From Bacteroidia bacterium (GTDB lineage Bacteria > Bacteroidota > Bacteroidia > Chitinophagales > BACL12), in assembly GCA_030432405.1 (NCBI GenBank), contig JAUIHG010000001.1, forward strand, positions 5,908 through 69,907: DNA of 64,000 bases, read 5' to 3'. The notes under the pieces were generated by a model. The model ran no database searches, had not been told where the DNA came from, and saw only the letters and a list, made by a program, of their open reading frames with translations. Numbering within the stretch: the stretch's first letter is position 1; each line of letters starts with the position of its first letter. The position numbers and the translations under genes are program-made. Positions 1-9,492 of the stretch are shown here, piece by piece.

Positions 1-177
1 GTTGCCGTCCGCGTCCAGGTCCAGGTTGTAGAAATCGGAGAAAAAGCCGTCGCTGAAGACCGGTTCGTCGGGGTCCAGGTTGGTGTAGGCAATCTGGCCT
101 TCGGCCGAAAGGCCGGTCAGGCCCACGGCGAGGCCCAGAAACAGGACGCGTGGTATCGGACAGGTGAACGTGTGCAT
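1..177 (-). CDS. Secreted protein, N-terminal part only (runs off window)
   Basis: Own translation from ATG 177: MHTFTCPIPRVLFLGLAVGLTGLSAEGQIAYTNLDPD...LDLDADGN. Signal peptide ends AEG-Q; open to window edge. Confidence 0.7.
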   Translation of the reverse strand, partial: MHTFTCPIPRVLFLGLAVGLTGLSAEGQIAYTNLDPDEPVFSDGFFSDFYNLDLDADGN

Positions 178-280
178 GGGTGTGGTGTGTCGGCGGAAAT
201 GGCCTGCAATTTGGCCACATACCTAAAGGTATGGACTTACAGGGTCAATAACGAATGGAAAAACACCTGTCCCCAGACGC

Positions 281-339
281 AAAAAGAGCCCCTCCGGTCT
301 TTGCTGCGCCGGGCACGGCAAAGGATCCGGGAGGGACTC
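281..339 (-). terminator. Rho-independent terminator of the 380-5011 gene
   Basis: Minus strand GAGTCCCTCCCGGATCCTTTGC...GCAAAGACCGGAGGGGCTC followed by TTTTT, 40 nt after the stop. Confidence 0.7.
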
Positions 340-379
340 CACACCTGAAAAGGAGCGGCCTTGTATCCGCCGTATTGTG

Positions 380-3300
380 CTACTCCACGACCAACTTGCC
401 CGTGTAGGCTTTGCCGGAAACGGCTCCTGCTTCCACGGTATACGTGCCGGGTTGCAGGGTGCCACGGGCCATGCGGAAGCGGCTTTGGCCTCCGGCCTTC
501 CACTGGGCCATGGTGCGGCCCTGGGCATCGAGTACACGCACCCAGTCCAGGCCTTCGGGGCTTTCAAACTGGTCCTGGTTGGCATCCGGGATCAGCCAGG
601 TGGCCTCGTGCATGGGATTGGGCTGGATGAGCAAATGCCCGAACGCATCGGCATCCCCGCGCTGGAACTGGATGGTCCGCCGCTCGGTATTGGTGGCCAT
701 CGGTGCCTCAAAATCAAAAACAATGTGGGCCTGGTTGTCGATGGCTGTGCCACCCGGAAGATCGGCTTTGGGCATAATGCGGTACTCCACAAAACCCTGG
801 GCGCCGACCGGGTTGCGGACGTTCGGCGGCAGGGCAATGCCGTCAAAGGTCCAGTGCAGGGTCTGTCCTTCGCGGTGGAACTGCACCGGGTGGCTTGCGG
901 CCGTCATCACCAGGCTGGCCGGGTCCAGTCCTGCGGGCAGTTTGTTTTCAATTTCCACCCGCGACGCGGTAAAGCTGCCCACGTTTTCAAAGCGGATGCG
1001 GTAGGTCAGGGTATCGCTGGCCCGGATGTAACCGGCTTCTCCACGGCCCTCCGGCCAGCACAGCAGGTCGTTGGGGTCTATGGCCCCCACGATGGCCTCG
1101 CGCAAGGCCACCGCATCGTTGTTGTAGTCCAGTTGGCTGCTGCCGGTTTGCACCGTTGCCGCAAGGGTTGCGGTATCGCCGATGGCCAGCGCAGTGGTCA
1201 CCGAATCCACAATCCGGATGGCCGCGGCGTGGCCGGCTTCCAGCGTGCCGAGGTTCCAGGTATACACAAGGCCGTCCTGGCTTGTGAAGGCCGGTTGGGT
1301 CGATTGGATGTTCACGCCATTGGGCATGGTCAACTGCACCGAACAAGCTTCGGCCGCTTGCGTGCCGAGGTTGCGGTATTCCAGATCCAGCACGGCGGCA
1401 AAGCCCCGGCGGTGGGCCGTGGAGGCCAGCTGCACCGTCAGGTCCGGGCCGTTCTGGAGCGCCTCAGCGGCGAAGTCCAGGTCCATGATGGGTGCCCCGG
1501 CCCCGCTGATGGAAACGGCTACCGCTCCGGTGCAGCCTTCGCCCCAATAGCGGGCGTCCCCCTGCAGGCGGAATGTGTAGGTCCCCGGCGCCAGGTATGC
1601 GTGGAAACGGCCGTCCCGGTCGGTGGCAAAACTCAAACCGCCGGGCTCTACGCTGATCCATTGGCCGGCTATGGTGTTTTCGCCTTCGGCGAAGGCGCAA
1701 TTGCCGTTGGCATCCTCAAAGACGCGGCCCGAAATCAGGTTGCCGGCGTCTTCCGCGATGGTGATGAACTGGTTGGCATCCACATTGGTCCGGCGGCTGA
1801 TGTAGCCCGAAGGCCAGCGCACTTCAATGCTGTCCACCTGGTCCAGGGTCCCCAGGCCAAAATGGGCGCGCAGGCCGTCCTGTCCACCAAAACCCTGCTG
1901 GGCATTGAGTTCGACGCTTTGCCAGATGCCCCCGGCTTTGACACGCACGCGTGCCCCGATGCCCGATGCATTGGATTGGGTGCCGGCCAGCCGGATGTTG
2001 AGGAAATGGTTGCCGTTGCCGTTGTTGGTGAACAACAAATCGGCTTCGCCCGAACGGGTGGAAACAAACAAGTCCAGATCCCCGTCGCGGTCAAAGTCGC
2101 TCCAGGCCGTACCGTAGGTATTGCCCTGCGCAGCCGTGATGACCTCCATGGCATCCCTGCTGAAGTTTCCGGAACCATCGTTCCAATACAGGAATTTCTC
2201 CTTGTCCTGATCGTTGACCACGTACAGGTCCAGGTCTCCGTCGTTGTCCGCATCCACAAAGGCCGCTCCGTGGGAGTGGCCCAGGTCGGTTCCTACCGGA
2301 CCTTCGGTAATCCGGGAAAACGTGCCATCGCCGTTGTTGCGGTAAAGGAAATTGGGTTGGTTGGAGGCGTTGGATACAAAGAGATCCAGGTCGCCGTCGC
2401 GGTCGATGTCGCCCCAGATGCTGCCCACGGAATTGCCGCCGTCCGCGGGGATGGGACCGTCCTCCATGCGGGTGAACGTACCGTCCCCGTTGTTGGTGTA
2501 CAGGCTGTTGGAGGCCCCGTAGCCATTGGGCACAAAGAGGTCCGGTGCGCCGTCGTTGTTGTAGTCCGCCCAGCTCGGTCCGATGCTGCGTGCCGCTTCC
2601 AGGGCAGGCGCGGCATCCTCCACGGCGCTGAAGGTGCCGTCGCCGTTGTTGTGGTAGAGGCGGTTGAAGCTGGTGGGAATGAAATTGGCAATGAACAGGT
2701 CCACATAGCCGTCGCGGTCGTAATCCGCCCAGGCTGCCCCGTGGTCGTAGCCGTAGGTGTCGTCCAGGCCACTGCCGGCCGAAACATCCGTGAATACGCC
2801 GCTGCCGTTGTTGGTGTACAGGTAGAGAAAGCCGCCGTTGACGGCTACGGCCGCGTCCCGGTCCCCGTCGTTGTCGATGTCGGCAAAGGTGGCGGCAATG
2901 CAACCGTCGGCGTTTTCAACCAAATCGCCATAGGCGATGCGGGTGAAGGTGGTGTCGCCGTTGTTGCGGTAAAGGCGGTTGCCTTCGTCATCGCCGTAGG
3001 CGGTCAAAAACAAATCGTCGTATCCGTCTCCGTTGACGTCCACCCAGTTGGCGGTCCAGGCATCGGTGCGGTCCCCGACCAGGCTCCCTTCATAGCGCTG
3101 CTGGAAGAGCAGCAGGGACTGGTTGTGCGAACGGTTGGACACCCCCTGCGTGGTGGCCGATTGCTGCGTGGCGCCGTCCACCTGCCCGGTCACCACCACT
3201 TCGGTCTGGATCACACCTTCATTGGGAAAGGGCTCTCCGTCGTTTTCCATCGGCTTGATGAGGATGTCGGTCTCCACCTCGTATTCGTGGGTCGGGTCCA

Positions 3301-5011
3301 AATCCGGCAGCCCGTCAAAATGCACCGTGGTGTTGTTTTCGTTTTCGGTGATGGTGCCGGACACACGGGCATTGTCCGTACGGTCCACAAAATCCGACGT
3401 GGTCACTTCCGCACCCGTACCCACGATGACGTCCACTTCCAGGTCGGTGACCGGATTGTCGGTGTCGAAGGTGATGGCACTGACGATGTTGACCGTTTCG
3501 CCCGGAAGGGCGGAAGAACTGCTGGCTGAACTCTGCTGGCCGAAACTCTGCTGCAGCGAGGAACCGAAGTACATCATCCAGTTGTCGTTGAAATTGGTGC
3601 TCATCACGCTGATGGGCCGGTCCGATTTCACGATCACATAGGGCCGCTCCGGGCCGTCGTCCTTGTTGCCCGTGCCGTTGTAGATGCTGCGCCAATCGGC
3701 CATGGAGAGCGCGCAATCCGCGTAACGGCCGGAGTCGATGGCGTAGCTCCGGTTGAGCTTGGTGCCGCCCGTGTAGGCATCGAGGATCTCCACGTTGGCG
3801 CCCGTTCGGGCGAACAGATACAGGTGGGCGAAGTTGTCGCCGAAGGCGGTCCCGGTAAAGGGATCCACAACATTGGTCTGCCTGCCGGGAGGACAGACGT
3901 AGACCAGGAAGCGTTTGCCGGAGGTTTTGCCGGTCTCCGCGGTCACCATGCTGGCCATGTCCGAAGTGCCGGGATAGCCGGTTTCCATCCAGTTGGCCTC
4001 AAACACGGAAATGCGTTTCCCGGTGCTGCAGCGCGCGCGGAAAACGGTGGCGTGCGATGCGCCGTGGTCGTGGCCCACCCATTCGGTGGCCTTCATGCTG
4101 TCCACGGTTTCGGTCATCATGTTGACCCAGTTGCCCTTGGAGTAGCGCTCCAGGGTCACGGTATTATTCTGGTCCCAGGACACCAGGCGGATCTCCTGCT
4201 CCCCGCCGGATTGGTACGGTACGGCGAAGTAGAAGAGCTCCCCGGCGCTGCTGCCGTTTTCCGCCGGCACGTAGCCGCCGCCATCGCGGGAATTGCCCCA
4301 CAGGGCGCCGTACATCACCGAAACAGGACCGCTGGCTTCCACCAGGTAGGTCCCTCCGGCGTCCAGCAAATCCCGGCCAATGCTGTTGGCATAAATCAGG
4401 TCTTCGCCCCGGTCCAGTGTGGCTTGTCCCACAATGAGCGGATTGTCCCAGGATACATCGGTATAGCCGGTATTGGTTTTGGCCTGGGTGCTCAATTCGG
4501 TGATGGTCACCGTCACGCCATCCTCGTAGGGAAACACGTTCAGGTCGCGTGTGCTGCTGGAAGCTTTGGGCGCATAGAGGATGAATTTTTCCCCTACCGA
4601 GGACTTGTTGACCGATGGCAGCCAGTCGTGCTGCCAATCGCTGTTGGTGCTCTGGCTGGCATACACCAGCTTGTCGGAGGTGATGGTGAAATAATCGCCA
4701 TCCCAGGTCAGGGTGCCGCCGGAGGCATACCGCGCGTCGTCGTTGATGCCGTTGTCGCGGATGTAGAGCACGTAACTCTGCCCCGCCATGAGCACTCCGG
4801 TAACCGAATCATCGGTATCGCCATCCATGCCGTCGTCGATGATCTGGAAATGCGTGCTGTCGTATATGGCCGTGACCACCAGCGCCACATCCCGCTGCAC
4901 CGCATCGTTGTTCGGGGGCACGTAAATGTTAAAGTACGTGGAGGGTTCGCCGGTGGCGAAGGCACGCAGGCTGCAGCCCAGCAAAATCAAAATCAGGTAA
5001 ACGTTGCGCAT
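380..5011 (-). CDS. Large T9SS-secreted protein: FG-GAP/CRTAC1-like repeats, ASPIC/UnbV, Ig-like/DUF11-type domains, CTD
   Basis: Signal peptide; about 7 DxDxDGDxDL repeats; NASGIGARVRV...HFGLG...IEVRWPSG (ASPIC/UnbV); DPND...YRIRFEN repeat domain; C-terminal IQPNP...GTYTV...GKLVVE. Confidence 0.9.
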   Translation of the reverse strand: MRNVYLILILLGCSLRAFATGEPSTYFNIYVPPNNDAVQRDVALVVTAIYDSTHFQIIDDGMDGDTDDSVTGVLMAGQSYVLYIRDNGINDDARYASGGTLTWDGDYFTITSDKLVYASQSTNSDWQHDWLPSVNKSSVGEKFILYAPKASSSTRDLNVFPYEDGVTVTITELSTQAKTNTGYTDVSWDNPLIVGQATLDRGEDLIYANSIGRDLLDAGGTYLVEASGPVSVMYGALWGNSRDGGGYVPAENGSSAGELFYFAVPYQSGGEQEIRLVSWDQNNTVTLERYSKGNWVNMMTETVDSMKATEWVGHDHGASHATVFRARCSTGKRISVFEANWMETGYPGTSDMASMVTAETGKTSGKRFLVYVCPPGRQTNVVDPFTGTAFGDNFAHLYLFARTGANVEILDAYTGGTKLNRSYAIDSGRYADCALSMADWRSIYNGTGNKDDGPERPYVIVKSDRPISVMSTNFNDNWMMYFGSSLQQSFGQQSSASSSSALPGETVNIVSAITFDTDNPVTDLEVDVIVGTGAEVTTSDFVDRTDNARVSGTITENENNTTVHFDGLPDLDPTHEYEVETDILIKPMENDGEPFPNEGVIQTEVVVTGQVDGATQQSATTQGVSNRSHNQSLLLFQQRYEGSLVGDRTDAWTANWVDVNGDGYDDLFLTAYGDDEGNRLYRNNGDTTFTRIAYGDLVENADGCIAATFADIDNDGDRDAAVAVNGGFLYLYTNNGSGVFTDVSAGSGLDDTYGYDHGAAWADYDRDGYVDLFIANFIPTSFNRLYHNNGDGTFSAVEDAAPALEAARSIGPSWADYNNDGAPDLFVPNGYGASNSLYTNNGDGTFTRMEDGPIPADGGNSVGSIWGDIDRDGDLDLFVSNASNQPNFLYRNNGDGTFSRITEGPVGTDLGHSHGAAFVDADNDGDLDLYVVNDQDKEKFLYWNDGSGNFSRDAMEVITAAQGNTYGTAWSDFDRDGDLDLFVSTRSGEADLLFTNNGNGNHFLNIRLAGTQSNASGIGARVRVKAGGIWQSVELNAQQGFGGQDGLRAHFGLGTLDQVDSIEVRWPSGYISRRTNVDANQFITIAEDAGNLISGRVFEDANGNCAFAEGENTIAGQWISVEPGGLSFATDRDGRFHAYLAPGTYTFRLQGDARYWGEGCTGAVAVSISGAGAPIMDLDFAAEALQNGPDLTVQLASTAHRRGFAAVLDLEYRNLGTQAAEACSVQLTMPNGVNIQSTQPAFTSQDGLVYTWNLGTLEAGHAAAIRIVDSVTTALAIGDTATLAATVQTGSSQLDYNNDAVALREAIVGAIDPNDLLCWPEGRGEAGYIRASDTLTYRIRFENVGSFTASRVEIENKLPAGLDPASLVMTAASHPVQFHREGQTLHWTFDGIALPPNVRNPVGAQGFVEYRIMPKADLPGGTAIDNQAHIVFDFEAPMATNTERRTIQFQRGDADAFGHLLIQPNPMHEATWLIPDANQDQFESPEGLDWVRVLDAQGRTMAQWKAGGQSRFRMARGTLQPGTYTVEAGAVSGKAYTGKLVVE

Positions 5012-5284
5012 AAGGAGGGCGTGTTGTTTGGCTCGGCCTCTGCCAATCCTGAACCGTGCCAGGCTTGGAATACCCTGGTGTTCAAGCCGATAGGGCCCAT
5101 ATGGAAGGCCTATATGTTCCCAAAACGGGAATCCCGTCCCGCATCGGGAGGCAGCCGTTGACAGCGGTACTTCGGCACCGCTTTGCTATACCCGCTGTGC
5201 CCCCGGCGGGTTGTTCGATTTTTGTCGGCTGCGCGAAAAAGACTAATTATATCAAACCTTCCCTGACGCTTCAATTCCCCAATC

Positions 5285-5842
5285 ATGACTGGCAAAGTGT
5301 TCATTTCCGCTCTGGTCGGCGGCATCCTTCTGTTCATCTGGCAAAGCCTATCCTGGGCGGTTTTGAATGTGCATGGTGATGCCATGGCCTTTTCGGCCGA
5401 AGGCCAGGAGGAGATTTTGGAAGCCATGTCCGAGCACCTGGAGACCAACATCTATTACCTCTCCTACGCCGACCCGGAAGCAACGCCCGAGGAATTCTCC
5501 GAACAAGCCACGGGCAGGCCGCAGGCGTTGGTCAACTATGTGTCCGAATACCAGAACAACATGGGTCCGCTCATGGTCCGCGGGCTGGTGTATTCGTTTT
5601 TTGTGGCCCTTGTGGTGAGCCTGGTCCTGGCCCGCAGCCGCAATACGGGTTTCATTGGCCGCTTTTTTACCGTCATGGGTTTTGCCCTGGTGTTGATTTT
5701 GTTCGACACCCTGGGCGACATGAACTGGTGGTACCATCCCATGAACTGGGTCTGGCCGGAAGTCATCGATTACCTGGTCATGTTTGCGTTGTCCGGCATC
5801 TGGATGGCCTGGTGGATGGGCCGCGGCGAACGCAGCTACTGA
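5285..5842 (+). CDS. Hypothetical integral membrane protein (about 4 TM)
   Basis: 185 aa ORF with hydrophobic helices and host-like codon usage. Confidence 0.8.
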   Translation: MTGKVFISALVGGILLFIWQSLSWAVLNVHGDAMAFSAEGQEEILEAMSEHLETNIYYLSYADPEATPEEFSEQATGRPQALVNYVSEYQNNMGPLMVRGLVYSFFVALVVSLVLARSRNTGFIGRFFTVMGFALVLILFDTLGDMNWWYHPMNWVWPEVIDYLVMFALSGIWMAWWMGRGERSY

Positions 5843-5884
5843 TTTTTTCACCGCGTTCCAAAACCGCTCTTTAAAACCGCTTCC

Positions 5885-6334
5885 ATGAAACGCGTGACCG
5901 GGATCGGCGGCGTCTTTTTCAAGGCCAAAGACCCCAAAAAACTGCAGGACTGGTACCGCAAGCACCTGGGCATCGACTCGGGTCCCTACGGCATGTCCTT
6001 CCGCTGGCGGCACCACGATGCCCCCGACCAGGAAGGGGCCACGGCCTGGAGCATCTTCGACCACAAGACCGAATACACCGAGCCCAGCAAAGCGGACCAC
6101 ATGATCAACTACCGTGTGCATGACCTGCGCGCCCTGTTGAAGGTCCTGGCGGACGAAGGCGTGGAGCAGGTCGGGGAGATCATGGAAGAGGACTACGGCC
6201 GCTTTGCCTGGGTGCTGGACGGGGAAGGCAACAAAGTCGAACTCTGGGAACCGGTGGACGAGGCCTACAGCAAGATGCTGGACGCCGAGGAGGCCGACCC
6301 CGAGGAGCCGTCGGCACACCAAGGGGCTTCCTGA
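5885..6334 (+). CDS. VOC/glyoxalase family protein
   Basis: MKRVTGIGGVFFK...WY..HLG, INYRV, YGRFAWVLDGEGNKVELWEP. Confidence 0.92.
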   Translation: MKRVTGIGGVFFKAKDPKKLQDWYRKHLGIDSGPYGMSFRWRHHDAPDQEGATAWSIFDHKTEYTEPSKADHMINYRVHDLRALLKVLADEGVEQVGEIMEEDYGRFAWVLDGEGNKVELWEPVDEAYSKMLDAEEADPEEPSAHQGAS

Positions 6335-6383
6335 GGCCTTGTGTGGGCGCTGAACCATCGCCCCTGCCTCCTGTTTGGAGGGC

Positions 6384-7055
6384 ATGCAGCATCCCATTTT
6401 GCTCATCGGCGGCAACAGCGGCATCGGTGCCGCGCTGGCCGATCGCCTTCGCGCGCAAGGCGCGAACATTCTTTCTGCCCACCGCAGCGGTGAACCGGCC
6501 TTTGACGCCACCGCAGAGGAGCCCGATTTCCCGGATGTGGACGGCCCGCTCGGCGGTTTGGTCTACCTGCCCGGCAGCATCAACCTCAAGCCCTTCAAGT
6601 CCCTGAAGCCGGCCGATTTTGACGCGGATTTCAAGATCAACGTGCTGGGCGCTGTGCGGACCCTGCAGCACTACGAATCCGCGTTGAAGGAGGCCGACAA
6701 CACGTCGGTTTTGCTTTTCTCCACGGTGGCCGTGGCCACGGGCATGCCCTTCCACACTTCGGTGGCGGCCGCCAAGGGGGCCGTCGAAGGCCTCGTGCGC
6801 AGTTTGGCGGCAGAGTGGGCGCCGACCGTGCGCGTCAACGCCATTGCCCCTTCGCTGACCGACACACCCCTGGCCGCGCGGCTGCTGCGCAACGACAAAC
6901 AGCGCGAAGCCGGCAACGAGCGCCATCCGCTCCAGCGCATCGGTCAGCCGGAAGACATCGCCAACCTGGGTGCCTTTCTGATGGACCCGGCCAACGGTTG
7001 GATCACCGGCCAGGTCTGGAACGCCGATGGCGGTTTGGGCGCCCTGCGGGTGTAG
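6384..7055 (+). CDS. SDR family oxidoreductase (catalytic Tyr absent)
   Basis: GGNSGIG Rossmann motif, VRVNAIAPSLTDT, ITGQV..DGG; the YxxxK position reads VAAAK. Confidence 0.9.
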   Translation: MQHPILLIGGNSGIGAALADRLRAQGANILSAHRSGEPAFDATAEEPDFPDVDGPLGGLVYLPGSINLKPFKSLKPADFDADFKINVLGAVRTLQHYESALKEADNTSVLLFSTVAVATGMPFHTSVAAAKGAVEGLVRSLAAEWAPTVRVNAIAPSLTDTPLAARLLRNDKQREAGNERHPLQRIGQPEDIANLGAFLMDPANGWITGQVWNADGGLGALRV

Positions 7056-7093
7056 CGGTCTTGCTTTCTTCCTTTGCAGCTTACCGTTTTACC

Positions 7094-7771
7094 ATGACCG
7101 CAGTCCACCCATCCGCAGAACGCTCGTTCCACATCGGCGATATCGACGCCTTGGAACGCTTTTACCGCACCGCGCTGGTCAACAGCCTCTTTGGCGGCAA
7201 GGCCCTCGTCCTGGTCGGCACGCAGAACACCGAAGGATCGTGCAACCTGGCGCCTTTCAACAGTCTGGTGCATGTGGGTGCCAATCCGCCCCTGGTTGGC
7301 CTGGTGTTCCGTCCCCTGACCGAGCGCGTGGGGCAAACCTGGCGCAACCTGGAAGCCACCGGGGCCTGCACCCTGAACGCCGTGCACGGTGGCATGATCA
7401 AAGCTGCGCATGCCTGCTCGGCCAAGTTTCCGCCCAATGTGTCCGAGTTTCATGCCACTGGTTTGACGGTGCTGCGGAGTTCCGCCCCTTCGGGCGAAGC
7501 CTTCCCCGCGCCCTTTGTGGCGGAAAGCCGCGTCCGCGTGGCCTGCAAACTGCTGGAGAGCCATGCCATCCGTGCCAACGGCACCCGCTTTGCGGTGCTG
7601 GCCGTGCAGTCCATCGTGCTGCCGGAGGATGCGTTGGGCGCAGACGGCTTTGTGGATCCCAGTGTGACGGGCAGCCTTTCGGCCGCAGGCCTCGACGCCT
7701 ATGGCCAACTTGGTCCCCTCACCCGCCTGCCCTATGCCCAAACGCCCGGTCCCGCTGCCGGCTCCGCGTAA
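7094..7771 (+). CDS. Flavin reductase-like (DIM6/NTAB) protein
   Basis: NLAPFNSLVHVGANPPLVG, TWRNL, SEF..TGL, PFVAES; start trimmed to ATG 7094. Confidence 0.85.
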   Translation: MTAVHPSAERSFHIGDIDALERFYRTALVNSLFGGKALVLVGTQNTEGSCNLAPFNSLVHVGANPPLVGLVFRPLTERVGQTWRNLEATGACTLNAVHGGMIKAAHACSAKFPPNVSEFHATGLTVLRSSAPSGEAFPAPFVAESRVRVACKLLESHAIRANGTRFAVLAVQSIVLPEDALGADGFVDPSVTGSLSAAGLDAYGQLGPLTRLPYAQTPGPAAGSA

Positions 7772-7825
7772 AAGCCCGGTTCTCCGTCGTCATCCGCATC
7801 GGCGGAGGACCGTTGATCCCTCGCC

Positions 7826-8053
7826 ATGACAGCCCACGGCAACACATACGGCGGCAACAAATCCTACCTGGAGCAGAAACCCTGCACCCATTGCGGCCGC
7901 ACCATGACCTGGCGGAAAAAATGGGCCCGCACCTGGGATGCCGTGCGCTATTGTTCCGAGCGGTGCCGTCGTGAGGCACGGCAGCAGCGCAGCGCGGCAT
8001 CGGACGCGGACCGGACGAACGCCACTTCCGAACAGAACGATCATTCCAGTTAA
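7826..8053 (+). CDS. DUF2256 zinc-ribbon-like protein
   Basis: KPCTHCGRTMTWRKKWARTWDAVRYCSERCRR. Confidence 0.92.
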   Translation: MTAHGNTYGGNKSYLEQKPCTHCGRTMTWRKKWARTWDAVRYCSERCRREARQQRSAASDADRTNATSEQNDHSS

Positions 8054-8065
8054 ATCATCAGCTGT

Positions 8066-9481
8066 ATGCCCGGCCTGCACCTCCACTGGTACCGCAACGA
8101 CTTGCGCACGGACGACCATCCGGCGGTGGATCAGGCCATGTCCGCCGAGGCCTTTTTTCCTGTTTTTGTCTGGCAGCCGGCCTGGTACGCCGAGACCCGC
8201 TATGGGTTCCGCAAGGCCAGCGCCCGGCGGGCGCGCTTTCTGCACGAAAGCCTGGAAGCCTTGGACGCCGCCCTGCAGCGGCTAGGTTCCGCTTTGCTGG
8301 TGGTGGTGGGCAAACCCGAAGACGTGCTGCCTGAACTGGCGCGGAAGCTGGGCGCCCAGCGCATCACGGCCCAGGCCGAACACACCCACGAAGAGCTGGA
8401 AGACGAGCGCCGGGTAGGGGAGGCACTTGCTGCCACGGAAGGGCCAGCGTTGGAGCTGTTCGAGGGCTTGACCATGGTGCACCCTTCGGCCCTGCCTTAT
8501 GCGGTGGAGGAGGTGCCGGATGTGTTCGGGGCGTTTCGCCGGAAGGCGGAAAAACACAGCCCCATCCGCGAGCCCCTGCCCGAGCCGGAAGCCGTGCCGG
8601 GCTGGCCGTCCATGGAGGCCTTGTCCTCCAGCCTGGAGCTGCTGGGCCGCGGGTCCCTTCCCGCCTCTGGCGAAGGCTTGGCAGGAGCTTTGCCAGGCGG
8701 TCTGGCGGACCTGGGCTTCAGCGCCGAGGAAATCGATGAAGCGGCGCAAGACGATCCCCGCAGCGCCTTTCCTTTTTCCGGTGGGCAGGCCTCGGCACGC
8801 GCGCGGCTGGACGATTACGTGTTTGGCCGCGCCTTGGTGGCCAACTACAAAAAGACGCGCAATGGCCTGCTCGGCGAAGCCTTTTCCAGCAAGCTGTCGC
8901 CCTGGTTGGCCAACGGCAGCCTTTCGCCCAGAAGGGCGCATGAAGCCGTCAAAACCTTCGAAGCGCAAAACGGCGGCAACCAGAGCACATACTGGTTGAT
9001 TTTCGAATTGCTCTGGCGCGATTTTTTCCGTTTTCAGGCCATGAAGGTGGGGCGCAAACTATTCACGCCGGGCGGCATCCAGGAAAAGGACCGCAGCTAT
9101 CAAAATGCACATCAAGCCTTCGCCGGTTGGCAAGATGGAAAAAGCGGACACCCTTTCATCGACGCCAATATGGTGGAACTGGCCCGGACCGGCTGGATGA
9201 GCAACCGCGGGCGGCAGAACGTGGCGAGTTGGCTGGTGCGCGACCTGGACGTGGATTGGCGCTGGGGTGCGGCCTGGTTTGAGCACCACCTGCTGGACTA
9301 CGACCCCTGCAGCAACTACGGCAATTGGCAATACGTGGCAGGTGTTGGCCACGACCCGCGCGGCGACCGCCGCTTTGATCCGGACCGCCAGGCCTGGACC
9401 TACGACCGCAAGGGCCGTTTTGTGGAGACCTGGCTGCCGGAACGCCAAACCAAAGTGCCACAGCGCAAGCTGTTCGGTTGA
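8066..9481 (+). CDS. DASH family cryptochrome
   Basis: WYRNDLRTDDH, YKKTRNGLLG..FSSKLSPWLANG, STYWLIFELLWRDFF, MSNRGRQNVAS, DYDPCSNYGNW. Confidence 0.93.
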   Translation: MPGLHLHWYRNDLRTDDHPAVDQAMSAEAFFPVFVWQPAWYAETRYGFRKASARRARFLHESLEALDAALQRLGSALLVVVGKPEDVLPELARKLGAQRITAQAEHTHEELEDERRVGEALAATEGPALELFEGLTMVHPSALPYAVEEVPDVFGAFRRKAEKHSPIREPLPEPEAVPGWPSMEALSSSLELLGRGSLPASGEGLAGALPGGLADLGFSAEEIDEAAQDDPRSAFPFSGGQASARARLDDYVFGRALVANYKKTRNGLLGEAFSSKLSPWLANGSLSPRRAHEAVKTFEAQNGGNQSTYWLIFELLWRDFFRFQAMKVGRKLFTPGGIQEKDRSYQNAHQAFAGWQDGKSGHPFIDANMVELARTGWMSNRGRQNVASWLVRDLDVDWRWGAAWFEHHLLDYDPCSNYGNWQYVAGVGHDPRGDRRFDPDRQAWTYDRKGRFVETWLPERQTKVPQRKLFG

Positions 9482-9492
9482 GGCCTCAAGGC

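Noticed and set aside
2000..3060. Periodic GCCGTTGTTG / GTCGCCGTC repeats resembling a CRISPR or tandem array
   Set aside because: They encode the NNGDG and DxDGD motifs of FG-GAP repeats; there is no constant repeat-spacer structure.
377..3529. 1050-aa + strand ORF, and similar long antisense ORFs (24554-26809, 33004-34935, 38567-40801, 51314-53044, 56266-58173, 58240-60876)
   Set aside because: Codon-register shadows of real high-GC genes on the opposite strand; Val/Ala/Gly-rich with no motifs.
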